From: Pirellulales bacterium
Lineage (GTDB): Bacteria > Planctomycetota > Planctomycetia > Pirellulales > UBA1268
Length of the DNA stretch: 64,000 nt
Assembly (NCBI GenBank): GCA_028066355.1
Contig: JALCBP010000004.1
Coordinates: 1,083 to 65,082 of the forward strand
Reading direction: 5' to 3'
Shown: piece after piece, positions 38,117 through 47,305 of the stretch
How the letters are laid out: each line of letters starts with the position of its first letter
Position numbering within the stretch: the first letter of the stretch is position 1
The notes under the pieces: generated by a model
Told to the model about the DNA's origin: nothing
Databases searched by the model: none
The model's input: the letters and a program-made list of their open reading frames with translations, nothing else
Made by a program: the position numbers and the translations under genes

Positions 38117-39039
38117 TGGGCACCGGTTGGAGAATGTTTTGAGTATTGAAATGCAGCATCAAAAATACCATCAGATGGAGCAAGGCCAAGTTCAATGGCG
38201 TATTCGTGGAAGAGTCGTAATCCCTCTCGTTCGTATTGTCCGAGATTGTAATGAAGATTATCTCCTAGGTAGTCAAGACACTGCGGAACAGAAAGTCCGT
38301 GAGGCGCAGCTTCAATGGCTGCTATAGTTGCAAGATTGGCAAGGCCGGCATCGCGAGCAGCATTGAGTCGACTGCCCAGTCGCTCGAAATTAACGGTCGG
38401 ACGTGCGGCCCAGACAGCAAAGACGAATGGTAGGCCCGTCCACTTGTGCCACTCGTCACCCAGATCCCAAACAGTCTGAAAGCCACCACTCGTTGGGCCT
38501 ATTGCACGGTCACCTATCAGAAGCACGGCATCAGCAGTAGTTGATTCTATACTCTCCCCAATGGGGAGCACTTCAAGTTCCGGGTAATTATCAAATAATT
38601 TAGCTAATAAAATCTGACAGAGTGCTACGCTTGTCCTCGAACCTTCATCTACAGCGATTCTTGAAGTTTTCTCTGGACGTGTACGAAAGAAAAGTCGGAC
38701 ACTCATAACCGGTCCAAGGCAGGCAATGCACGCGTTAGAAACAACGTGGTAAGAACCTGCATTCTTAGCTGGCCAGTGATGTTCACGTCTAGAAGATTTA
38801 GCAAGAGGTGTATCAAGGCGTTGAAACAGTTCAATCGAAGGAATAAGAGCAGCGTCTAGATCATTACTCGCGAGACGATCTGCCAGTCTGCTCGGGAGAT
38901 CGAAGTCCAAGGAGTCGCCGAGACCGTATATCAGCGGTCGACTATTCAGGTATTGAACCGCACCGATTCGTTCACCGCCGAGTCCAGCAGAGCTTCGGTT
39001 GGTTCGCTGTTTCATTGGAGTTCGTAGTGGACGGATCAT
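38113..39039 (-). CDS. mqnA: Chorismate dehydratase (futalosine pathway, MqnA)
   Basis: RIGAVQYLNSRPLIYGL...DAALIPSIE...LPFVFAVWAAR is the MqnA/DUF178 pattern. Confidence 0.85.
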   Translation of the reverse strand: MIRPLRTPMKQRTNRSSAGLGGERIGAVQYLNSRPLIYGLGDSLDFDLPSRLADRLASNDLDAALIPSIELFQRLDTPLAKSSRREHHWPAKNAGSYHVVSNACIACLGPVMSVRLFFRTRPEKTSRIAVDEGSRTSVALCQILLAKLFDNYPELEVLPIGESIESTTADAVLLIGDRAIGPTSGGFQTVWDLGDEWHKWTGLPFVFAVWAARPTVNFERLGSRLNAARDAGLANLATIAAIEAAPHGLSVPQCLDYLGDNLHYNLGQYEREGLRLFHEYAIELGLAPSDGIFDAAFQYSKHSPTGAQ

Positions 39040-39152
39040 TTTCGTAATGGCTGTTCTCGGAATCCAACTATCTAAATGAATTTAACTATTTAAACAATAG
39101 ACCAATCAACTAGTAAGGCCAGAAACCAGGTGTAATAACGCGAGAAAACAAT

Positions 39153-39185
39153 AATTCGAGGGGAAAGTCCTAACAACTTCGAATT
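39153..39185 (-). terminator. Possible intrinsic terminator after the ABC operon
   Basis: AATTCGA (39153-39159) pairs with TCGAATT (39179-39185), a 7-bp AT-rich stem. It is followed on the minus strand by ATTGTTTTCT and lies 22 nt past the permease stop. The stem is weak. Confidence 0.3.
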
Positions 39186-39206
39186 CAGTAATTAGGGCAG
39201 CATAGC

Positions 39207-40964
39207 TCAGGGTTCCAGTTGTCTGAATGCACGGATTCCAAGTATCAAGGGTAAGAAAGTGGCTAGCAGGCCACCCGCGATAATTATGCAGAGGCTGACA
39301 ACTTGTCCACCAGAACTTCCAAGGAGTTGGCTTGCTGTGTCCAAAGGGACTTGGCCTAGAGTTTGCTGTAAGAGATTGAAGTGGTGCGTGAAACCAACGG
39401 TCACAACCAGAAGAATAATGAACATGGCACTGAGGACGAGGCTCAGAGTTCCCCCAAATCCAGCTGCAATTTTTGCGGGTGATGATTCACGAAAATTAGG
39501 AATGCTTGCCCCCATTCCAACAGCAATACCTGAGAGGCCAGAACACAGAGCAAGGCTGCACATTAGGTGAATAAAGATGGTGCTCCACGGCAATCCAAGC
39601 ATGGAGTCACTTAAGAGAATTAACCCAAGGCAGGGTATGAGGCCCCCTGCAAATGAGAAGAAAAACTTAGACAATACAATTTGATCTCGATCAATAGGAA
39701 GAAGACCAAGGATCCAAAAACGGCGACCTTCAAGGCTAATTGATGGAAAAACAAATCGGGTTGTGAAAGTTGAAAAGATGAGACCTACGACAGCTAAGTT
39801 GAGATGCCCAATAAGGGATGCGTAGACATGCGAGTAGTTAAATGAGCGGAGGTTATAGAAATAAAGGCCCAAAAGACCAAAAAAGATTATGAATTGAGAC
39901 CATTGAGTGACGTCGCGTCGGAAAATTTGGAGGTCTTTCACAAGCAGCAGGCGAATAGGATTTCCAACGTTTGATCCGCCACGTGTGAGTAGTTCATCAA
40001 GCCAGAAGAGTTGTCTGCGCTTCCTGATTGGTACTTCTGCCTGCAGGTTGCTGTAGCCTTTACGGTAGGTCCAGCGTGCAACCCAACTGGCTATAAGACT
40101 GAGAAGAAGTGCATTGGCGAGAATCAGCCCCAAGAACTTCAATGCTTCACGAGTGCTTTGATTAGTCAAGTCGGGAGATTCTCCGCGTAGTGCCGCATCG
40201 AGAAGACCGGAGGCAAGCCACCAACTCGGTAGAAATACCTGCTCGGTCATGGCAAGGCGAGACAGCGTTTCCTCAAACCAAGCAGTTGTGAGCAACTGGC
40301 TTTTTGTGGAACTAAAAGTTGACCATGAGATCCAAAAGATTCCTACGGCGACTAAAGCAAATGATATTGATAAAGCGTGAAGTCGTAGTCGAGGTAGTCC
40401 GGCAACGACCAGCATGCACAATATGCTGCCGATAGACGCTGGAATAACAACAAAAGTAACGATAAACGGTACAATCATTACGAAAAAGCTCCAAGGTGCG
40501 TCCCGCACTATGCCGTACGCAATGAGCATCGGGCTACCAAGAAGAATGAAGCCCCAACTCGAGAACCAGAGTGCCTCTGTAAATTTGTGTGCATGGATTG
40601 TCTCAGCACGTAGAGGGCATGTTAGGAGAAAAGACGACTCACCTGACCGATACAAGCCGCCATACATTAAGATGCCCGTGGAAAAAGTCATCATTACCAT
40701 CAGGGCAGAAAAAAAAGTATTGAACAGTAACGACATAACTTCGGCATGCATGGAGTCGATAAAGCTGAATGCATCGTAGAACAAGCAGAATACAGCAGCC
40801 CAGAAAATAATACTGAGCACGAGGACCAATCCGAATCGGAAACGTGACTGGTGGACGGTTGAGGTGACAATGTTCCACGCTAGCGTTCTTCGGAGTTTCC
40901 TGGAGAGCTGGTTTTCCTGTGGAATATCAAGCAATTGCTTCTGCATGTTCACCGATTGTTTCAT
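39207..40964 (-). CDS. Putative ABC exporter permease (large polytopic membrane protein)
   Basis: 585 aa with about 12 or more hydrophobic helices, 23 nt downstream of an ABC ATPase gene. No signature was recognised beyond the topology. Confidence 0.65.
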   Translation of the reverse strand: MKQSVNMQKQLLDIPQENQLSRKLRRTLAWNIVTSTVHQSRFRFGLVLVLSIIFWAAVFCLFYDAFSFIDSMHAEVMSLLFNTFFSALMVMMTFSTGILMYGGLYRSGESSFLLTCPLRAETIHAHKFTEALWFSSWGFILLGSPMLIAYGIVRDAPWSFFVMIVPFIVTFVVIPASIGSILCMLVVAGLPRLRLHALSISFALVAVGIFWISWSTFSSTKSQLLTTAWFEETLSRLAMTEQVFLPSWWLASGLLDAALRGESPDLTNQSTREALKFLGLILANALLLSLIASWVARWTYRKGYSNLQAEVPIRKRRQLFWLDELLTRGGSNVGNPIRLLLVKDLQIFRRDVTQWSQFIIFFGLLGLYFYNLRSFNYSHVYASLIGHLNLAVVGLIFSTFTTRFVFPSISLEGRRFWILGLLPIDRDQIVLSKFFFSFAGGLIPCLGLILLSDSMLGLPWSTIFIHLMCSLALCSGLSGIAVGMGASIPNFRESSPAKIAAGFGGTLSLVLSAMFIILLVVTVGFTHHFNLLQQTLGQVPLDTASQLLGSSGGQVVSLCIIIAGGLLATFLPLILGIRAFRQLEP

Positions 40965-40987
40965 GGCATTTTTTTAAACAATGCTTC

Positions 40988-41725
40988 TTAAGTCACCCGT
41001 GTCGCGCTTGATGTGATTTCGAGATATAAGTTTTCAAGATTTCTTGTTTCCATGTCTACCTGTTCTCGCAGTTCGGAGACAGTTCCAAGAAATTTAAGAT
41101 TACCATGCACCATGATTCCCATACGACTTGCCATCTCTTCGGCCATCCCAAGCGTATGAGTTGACATGAACACTGTCATGCCATCAGCAGTTTTTTTCTT
41201 CAACAAATCTTTAACAATACGAACACTTCGTGGATCAAGACCAACCATTGGCTCGTCGAGTACGAGAACATCAGGGTCGTGCAAAAATGCGGCCGCAAAG
41301 ACAAGGCGCTGCCTCATGCCGAGCGAATAGTTTTCAGCGAGTTCGTTAGCGAATTCATGAAGCTCGAATCTGTCAATCTCTCTTGCGATGTATTCATCGG
41401 AAAGATCCCGTGGTATCCCATACATGTCGGCAATGAATCGTAAGAATTCATGACCTGTAAGCTTGTCGTAAAGGTACGGCTCATCTGGTACGTAACCTAC
41501 ATGACGGTGGGCAGAGCGAGTTTCCTTTACAAGGTCATGACCGCAAACCCGAACAACTCCACTTGAAGGGCGAAGCAAACCTACCAGCATCTTGATAGTT
41601 GTTGTCTTGCCCGCTCCATTTGGTCCTAAAAGGGCGAATAATTCACCTCGTGGTATTGTCAGGCTGAGTTCTGATACAGCGACTTTACTGCCGTACGTTC
41701 TCGTAGTGCGATCAAATTCAATCAT
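40988..41725 (-). CDS. ABC transporter ATP-binding protein
   Basis: Walker A GPNGAGKTTT, signature-like YSLGMRQR, Walker B LVLDEPMVGLD and the H-loop STH. The start is taken at MIEFDR (41725), while the ORF opens at 41764. Confidence 0.92.
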   Translation of the reverse strand: MIEFDRTTRTYGSKVAVSELSLTIPRGELFALLGPNGAGKTTTIKMLVGLLRPSSGVVRVCGHDLVKETRSAHRHVGYVPDEPYLYDKLTGHEFLRFIADMYGIPRDLSDEYIAREIDRFELHEFANELAENYSLGMRQRLVFAAAFLHDPDVLVLDEPMVGLDPRSVRIVKDLLKKKTADGMTVFMSTHTLGMAEEMASRMGIMVHGNLKFLGTVSELREQVDMETRNLENLYLEITSSATRVT

Positions 41726-41770
41726 GGTTTTATTCGTGAAGCAGCGTTGTGACGTGTAGAGCACGTTTAG

Positions 41771-42886
41771 TCATTGTTTCACCTGAGAAGATGTTACGCT
41801 GAAGCCATCAGCCTTTTCGAAGAGAGACTTTATATGACTCAGTTTGTTATCTGATGATAGTGTGTCGTTAACGGGGCGTCGCAGGAAAAGCAGCTGTGAG
41901 CCAAGTATGGTCGTTTCATGTTGCAAAACCTCACCACGAGGGCCAATCCACATTCTACTTCGTGGCGGTTGGTGGTCATTAGGCGCCGTTCGGTAACTGA
42001 CAATGTGGGTGTTCACGAGTTGGTTGTTGAAGTACAGCACCTCATGGCCGGCCACGCTTGCGTAAAGGATTTCTATTGGCTTGCGAGTTGGTCGGAGTGG
42101 GCTGTAAATTGGAACAGTCCAGCGTTGCCCCTGGGAGATGCCCGCCATGGTTGCCTGAGGTGAAAGTTCATCTCTAATTGAAAAATTATTTGGCAACTGA
42201 CGACTTGTTTCATACTCAAAATCACCAGAACGAAGAGATGCCGTCACTTTGTTGTCCGGCGTGATTGTGCCAGATAAGTGCACAGCTTGCCGGACGCCAG
42301 GGACTTTGACAATCGATTGAAATTCTTGTAATTCTCCATTCCTGTTGATCGTCATGTAACCAAACGCATCAAGTTTTATTGATGAACGAAGCTTCCTCGC
42401 ATCAGTTCCCAGCATCGTACTTGCCCACGGTGGCAACAGTTCGTTCAAGGGAAGGTCATCGAGTTGAAGATTTGACCATACGCTGATTGTGCCAAAAGGG
42501 CCTGGTTCTACAACACTCAATGCAGAGCCTACTGGATCATCATTAAGCATGATTGTCCATGCTACTGATGAAGTATTCTTGGCAGGAGTGTAAATCGATT
42601 GATAGCCCGGTGGGGCTCTAGACGTGATGGTCGGCAAAACCTTGCTGAGGAATAGCCAGCTATTTGCAACAGCTGCAAATACGAGGATGAGTGCTGTGAC
42701 GCTTGGGCGATACATGAGAATGATTCGGAGTCTTTGTTTTGACGGGACAATAAAGTTTGTCGGTCCATGGCTTGGGGCCACAGGTTGCGCTAGCCAATTT
42801 ATGGGTATGTGCTTAGCACTAGGGATGTATTTTTGAAAAAATCTCTTGGGTGATTTTTTGCTATCGTAACTCAAGTAGTTTTTCAT
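41771..42886 (-). CDS. Hypothetical membrane-anchored protein (first gene of the ABC operon)
   Basis: The ORF is 371 aa. A likely start is the ATG at 42715 (MYRPSVTALILVFAAVANSWLFL = TM anchor), followed by a ~290-aa soluble region. No family was recognised. Confidence 0.55.
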   Translation of the reverse strand: MKNYLSYDSKKSPKRFFQKYIPSAKHIPINWLAQPVAPSHGPTNFIVPSKQRLRIILMYRPSVTALILVFAAVANSWLFLSKVLPTITSRAPPGYQSIYTPAKNTSSVAWTIMLNDDPVGSALSVVEPGPFGTISVWSNLQLDDLPLNELLPPWASTMLGTDARKLRSSIKLDAFGYMTINRNGELQEFQSIVKVPGVRQAVHLSGTITPDNKVTASLRSGDFEYETSRQLPNNFSIRDELSPQATMAGISQGQRWTVPIYSPLRPTRKPIEILYASVAGHEVLYFNNQLVNTHIVSYRTAPNDHQPPRSRMWIGPRGEVLQHETTILGSQLLFLRRPVNDTLSSDNKLSHIKSLFEKADGFSVTSSQVKQ

Positions 42887-43132
42887 GCAGTTTTTTGCAT
42901 GAAATCATCAAATTGTACCCGGCGCACGTTTTGGAGTTGCCAAAATCCAGTAGCAAATTTTATACTTCTAAAATTCTGGGGATTGGGTTTTCAATTTTTT
43001 GCTGCAAAGGCTTTCTTTGGCATTTATGTAGATTCGTTGAAGAGCTATTGCAGTCACTGGGCTGCATAAAGAATCCGCCCCGTAAGGATAGCAATGTTCG
43101 GTCAACTGGAAAGAACCCCAGGAGGTTGAGCG

Positions 43133-43414
43133 ATGAGCGATTCTGTTTATTACCATCAAGGATGTCCTGTATGTGGCAGGATGTTGCGGATAGGTGTTCG
43201 TTTGCTTGGTCAACGTGTTTATTGCCAGCATTGTGGTGGAGGGTTTCGAGCAACTGATGAGACTCTTGAAGAAGATGAGGGGGCCTTGCGGGCGGTAGGA
43301 AAGATCCAGCAAGATCGAATTGAAATGTTACTCGAACGTGCTAATAAAGCCGTTGGCAACTCGCTGAAGGGTGACCAGTCTCAGGAAGAAGATGTTACCC
43401 AAGAGGCGGTATGA
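43133..43414 (+). CDS. Hypothetical zinc-ribbon protein (MJ0042-like finger + acidic/coiled tail)
   Basis: The CPVCGRMLRIGVRLLGQRVYCQHCGGGF pattern. 93 aa. Confidence 0.5.
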   Translation: MSDSVYYHQGCPVCGRMLRIGVRLLGQRVYCQHCGGGFRATDETLEEDEGALRAVGKIQQDRIEMLLERANKAVGNSLKGDQSQEEDVTQEAV

Positions 43415-43447
43415 TGTGCTCTGCTATCAGGTTGGTCGGCAGAGGCT

Positions 43448-44764
43448 TTACTGTTTACTTTTTTCCACCAAATCTTCCAATGTGTTCCAGTAGTTTGGGA
43501 ACGTCTTGCGAACACATGCTGGGTCGGTAATGCATACACCTTTCGACCGTAGGCCAACAAGTGAAAGACTCATAGCCATGCGGTGATCATCGTACGTTTG
43601 TATCCTGGCCGGGCGGAGAGGAGCCGGATGTATCGTCAGGCCATCAGGACGCTCATCAACAATAGCCCCAAGTCGCTGCAACTCGCGTGTGAGGTCGCTA
43701 ATACGATCAGTTTCCTTATCTCGTATGTGAGCAACGTTTCGAATAACAGTAGGTCCTTTGGCAAAAAGAGCAACTGCAGCGAGTGTCATGACAGTATCGC
43801 TGATTGCGTTCATGTCGATATCAATACCTGTTAAATCATTGCCTTGTATAGTGACAGACGGACAAGACCCATTACTGCTTGACCATCTAACGGTGCACCC
43901 CATCTCTTCAAGTGCTGCACAAAATTCAATATCACCTTGCATGCTCTCGCGATTGAGTCCCTCTAGAGTGACTGTGCCATGTGTAATCGCTGCTGCCGCT
44001 GCAAAGTAGCTGGCTGCAGATGCATCAGGCTCAATTTCATAATTTTGTGATACGTAACCCGAAGGGGGAATATGCCACCGGCGATCGTCGAGAAGATCAC
44101 ATGTGCCACCGAAGGATTCAATGATAGTGCGAGTCATATCAAGATATGGAGTTGAGACAAGTGTGCCCGTAAGCTCAAGGGAAAGACCCTTCGGCATACA
44201 CGGCGCAGCCAAGGCAAGCCCGCTTGCAAATTGACTGCTCGTTGTGCTCTGGATACTCACATGATTGTTATGCACTCCCGTACTACGGATAGTCACAGGT
44301 GGGTAATTTCCTTCACTTTCTGCATTTGCCTCGACACCAAGTGTTCGAAGAGATGATAAAAGATCACCAATCGGCCGTTGCCGCATGCGAGGGGTCCCGT
44401 CAAGAACATAGTGCCCTTTTCCAAGGCAAGCTAGAGACGTAAGGAAACGCATTGTTGTTCCGCTTGCCTGGCAATCAATTGAAGCTCGAGATTCTGGAAT
44501 CACGCCTCCTGAACCGTTAATAGACAGTGTCTGGTTGCCCCAATCTGTATCAATACAAAAACCTAGGTGTTTCAGGCCATTAACCATGGTACGTGTGTCG
44601 TCACTGTCGAGTACACCAGTTAGCTGACTTGTTCCGCGAGCCAGTGCGGCGCAGATCACGGCCCGATTTGTAATGCTCTTTGATCCAGGCACGCGGACGC
44701 GGCCTTGGATCGGTCTGACCACCGGTGTTATGGTGATTTCATCGGGGAGGGAGTTTCGTGACAT
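43448..44764 (-). CDS. aroA: 3-phosphoshikimate 1-carboxyvinyltransferase (EPSP synthase)
   Basis: VRVPGSKSITNRAVICAALARG, GTTMRFLT, IRDKETDRI and YDDHRMAMSLSL. Confidence 0.96.
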   Translation of the reverse strand: MSRNSLPDEITITPVVRPIQGRVRVPGSKSITNRAVICAALARGTSQLTGVLDSDDTRTMVNGLKHLGFCIDTDWGNQTLSINGSGGVIPESRASIDCQASGTTMRFLTSLACLGKGHYVLDGTPRMRQRPIGDLLSSLRTLGVEANAESEGNYPPVTIRSTGVHNNHVSIQSTTSSQFASGLALAAPCMPKGLSLELTGTLVSTPYLDMTRTIIESFGGTCDLLDDRRWHIPPSGYVSQNYEIEPDASAASYFAAAAAITHGTVTLEGLNRESMQGDIEFCAALEEMGCTVRWSSSNGSCPSVTIQGNDLTGIDIDMNAISDTVMTLAAVALFAKGPTVIRNVAHIRDKETDRISDLTRELQRLGAIVDERPDGLTIHPAPLRPARIQTYDDHRMAMSLSLVGLRSKGVCITDPACVRKTFPNYWNTLEDLVEKSKQ

Positions 44765-44893
44765 CTTTAGTGCATTGATTGAAAAGTATCTGGAGACTGC
44801 CAGAAGAAATATTTCTTAGGTAGAGTATGCCATGTTGGATCAACGAGCACTATCAATAATTAAACAACACTATTATTCGCAAGGTATTATCTG

Positions 44894-46111
44894 ATGAAAT
44901 CACCAGGTCAAGGTTCTGGCATTGGTTGTGCTAAATATGATCTGACTGTCCCGCCAGTTGTGTGCTTCGGGCATGGGCGGATTGCAGAAGTAGGCCGAGT
45001 TGCAGCTGTTCTAGGCAAACGGATATGGCTCGTTGTTGGAAATCATAGTTTTGATGCATGCGGTGGAAGAGAAGTTTTATTAGACGGGTTTCGTCAAAAT
45101 GGATTGGGTTTTGACGAAATAGCGAAGTCTTGCGGTGAGCCAACGGTGCAGCAGATCGCGAAAGCAATGTGCAATATACCAGTCAATCAACAGAACGTAG
45201 TTGTTGTTGCAGTTGGTGGTGGTGCAACAATCGATTTTGGCAAAGCATTGTCGGCTCTTGCAACAAACATGAAACCGGACTCCGAAGAAAGTGCCGAGGA
45301 GATGATTCTCGATCGGCTGGAGGGCGTAGGTCGCGGCATTCCAATTGTCAATCCACCACTACCTTTCTTAGCCGTACCAACAACTGCAGGCACTGGTGCA
45401 GAGGCGACACGAAACGCAGTTCTTTCATGTCCAAAGCGAAGATTTAAAAAAAGTCTTCGGAGCACTCTGATGGTTCCGCGAGCAGTGGTCCTTGATCCAG
45501 AGCTGATTGGGTCGTGTAGTCGTGACACAATCGCTGCGTCTGGAATAGACTGCATTACCCAGTTGATCGAATCATTTATTTGCCGGTTTCAGTGGGCTGT
45601 TCCACAAGCATTGGTGCTTGATGCATTTCCGCAGGCGATGAGTGCTTTGCCTCGTCTCCTTGAAAATCCATGTGATTCCAATGCACAATCGGCAATGTCG
45701 CACGCAGCATTCATCTCCGGTGTTTCGCTTGGGAATTCAGGCCTAGGAATGGCTCATGGTGTTGCAGCCGCGATCGGAGTCGAATGCGGTGCTCCTCATG
45801 GTTTGGCGTGTGCAGCAATGCTGCCAGTTGCACTGCGTGTCAATCAGAAGATTGCAAAACGAGATCTAGCCGGACTTGATCAGGCTTTGGGGGGTAAAAG
45901 GCTGCCTGCCGAGGAAAGTGCACAGCGACTCAACGATCGAATTGTAGAACTGTGTCGGTTAGCTGGTACACCGACTCGCCTCTCTGAATTTGGCCTCAGA
46001 AGAGAAAGGATTTCTTGGTTAGCTAAACATTCAGGCGGCAACAGCATGAAGGGAAATCCCGCGCAGCTCACGTCAGTTGAGTTAGAAAGTGTTCTCGAAT
46101 CAGTGTATTAA
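44894..46111 (+). CDS. Iron-containing alcohol dehydrogenase family protein
   Basis: VAVGGGATIDFGKA, AVPTTAGTGAE and HGVAAAIG...HG histidines. The substrate is unknown. Confidence 0.88.
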   Translation: MKSPGQGSGIGCAKYDLTVPPVVCFGHGRIAEVGRVAAVLGKRIWLVVGNHSFDACGGREVLLDGFRQNGLGFDEIAKSCGEPTVQQIAKAMCNIPVNQQNVVVVAVGGGATIDFGKALSALATNMKPDSEESAEEMILDRLEGVGRGIPIVNPPLPFLAVPTTAGTGAEATRNAVLSCPKRRFKKSLRSTLMVPRAVVLDPELIGSCSRDTIAASGIDCITQLIESFICRFQWAVPQALVLDAFPQAMSALPRLLENPCDSNAQSAMSHAAFISGVSLGNSGLGMAHGVAAAIGVECGAPHGLACAAMLPVALRVNQKIAKRDLAGLDQALGGKRLPAEESAQRLNDRIVELCRLAGTPTRLSEFGLRRERISWLAKHSGGNSMKGNPAQLTSVELESVLESVY

Positions 46112-46134
46112 ATGCATTTGATTGAGCAGCTTTC

Positions 46135-46422
46135 TCAAAACAGAAAAACAATTCCTCCGAGTGCACATACAATCAAGAAAAGCACCAGAAGAATAGATAG
46201 CAGGAGTTTTAAATCAGATCGTTTTCTGCCTGTTTCGATTGTTTTTATGATGATTTTAGGTTGGGCTGGCTGATCTTGAGCTTCTGTTGTAATTGAAAAA
46301 ACTGGTTCATTGGACTGCGCTTGAATCGAGCGAGGGACGGGTGGCATGGCAAAGTTTTGGCCCGTACTCTCTGGTACAGGCGGGATTGGCTGACCTGCAG
46401 TCGGGGAGTGTGAATGATGCAT
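46135..46422 (-). CDS. Hypothetical tail-anchored small membrane protein
   Basis: 95 aa, Pro/Gln-rich at the N-terminus, with a single C-terminal TM (LLLSILLVLFLIVCALGGIVFLF). No family was recognised. Confidence 0.4.
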   Translation of the reverse strand: MHHSHSPTAGQPIPPVPESTGQNFAMPPVPRSIQAQSNEPVFSITTEAQDQPAQPKIIIKTIETGRKRSDLKLLLSILLVLFLIVCALGGIVFLF

Positions 46423-46510
46423 ACCATTTGATGATAAGGGGGCTGCGAATCTGTTGAAAAGATTTCATTGCAAAGGAAATCTGAAGCGTAGTCTAAAATT
46501 CTGGGTGCTA

Positions 46511-47302
46511 CTATTCAATTCGATTCCAGGCCGTTAGTTCAGCTATTGTGTGTTGGTGTTTGCGGCCAGTTTCACGAATGACAAATGGAATGTTTTCACG
46601 ATATCCCAGTTTGAATTGTGGATGTAATGCTCTTGATAATCCAGTGAATGTGTCAACAGGATTCCCAGCGTCATCAATATAGCCGCCTAACCAATAATTC
46701 CGAGGTGTGTAATCCTCTAGCCAAGTGTAGGGAGATGTGATGACTAGCCATCCACCTACGCGTATTCGTTGAGACATTGAGTTTAGAAAGAGTTGAGGCT
46801 GATAGAGCCGGTCGATTAAGTTGCCCGCGAAGACCAGATCGTAGCTGTGCATTTCACTGGGAAGATTGCATGCATCGCCAGTTTGAAATCTGACTCGGCT
46901 GGCGATGTCGCTACTCAGCAGACTTTCGAGCAGAATTTGACAGTCAGTCGATAGTCGACCCTCTGTTGGAATGCTGTACTCAATCCTGCCGCTTTGCTGT
47001 ATTTTTATCGCTGCATCAATAAAACCAGATGAATAGTCGATGGCGTCAACGTGCTCGAAGTATTTTGCTAGTTCAAAGGAAGACCTGCCTACCGCACAAC
47101 CAACATCAAGGCAGCGTTCGCGGTATTCGAATTCGATAGAATCCATCAGAAAACTAATGCACGCAGCAGGAAAATTTGGGATTTCTAGTACGGGTGGACC
47201 GTAATGAAAGCCTAAATACTGAGATACAAGGCCAGAGGTTTCATAGAGTGCCGAGCCCGGTGTTTGTGGGGAAGTGTTTTTCATTTTGTTTCGTTTCATC
47301 AA
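46511..47302 (-). CDS. Class I SAM-dependent methyltransferase (resembles stand-alone homologues of the OvoA C-terminal methyltransferase domain)
   Basis: Motif I is LDVGCAVGRSSFELA. Other motifs are AIDYS, GDACNL, YDLVFAGNLIDRL, VGGWLVITSPYTWLEDYTPRNYWLGG. The family resemblance is from memory and is not verified. Confidence 0.85.
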   Translation of the reverse strand: MMKRNKMKNTSPQTPGSALYETSGLVSQYLGFHYGPPVLEIPNFPAACISFLMDSIEFEYRERCLDVGCAVGRSSFELAKYFEHVDAIDYSSGFIDAAIKIQQSGRIEYSIPTEGRLSTDCQILLESLLSSDIASRVRFQTGDACNLPSEMHSYDLVFAGNLIDRLYQPQLFLNSMSQRIRVGGWLVITSPYTWLEDYTPRNYWLGGYIDDAGNPVDTFTGLSRALHPQFKLGYRENIPFVIRETGRKHQHTIAELTAWNRIE

Positions 47303-47305
47303 CGT

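Noticed and set aside
39150-39190. GGGGAAAGTCC, reminiscent of the RNase P RNA P4 region GAGGAAAGUCC.
   Set aside because: The whole spacer is only about 165 nt, whereas RNase P RNA needs about 350-400 nt. The motif sits in the loop of a simple hairpin that is better explained as a weak terminator.
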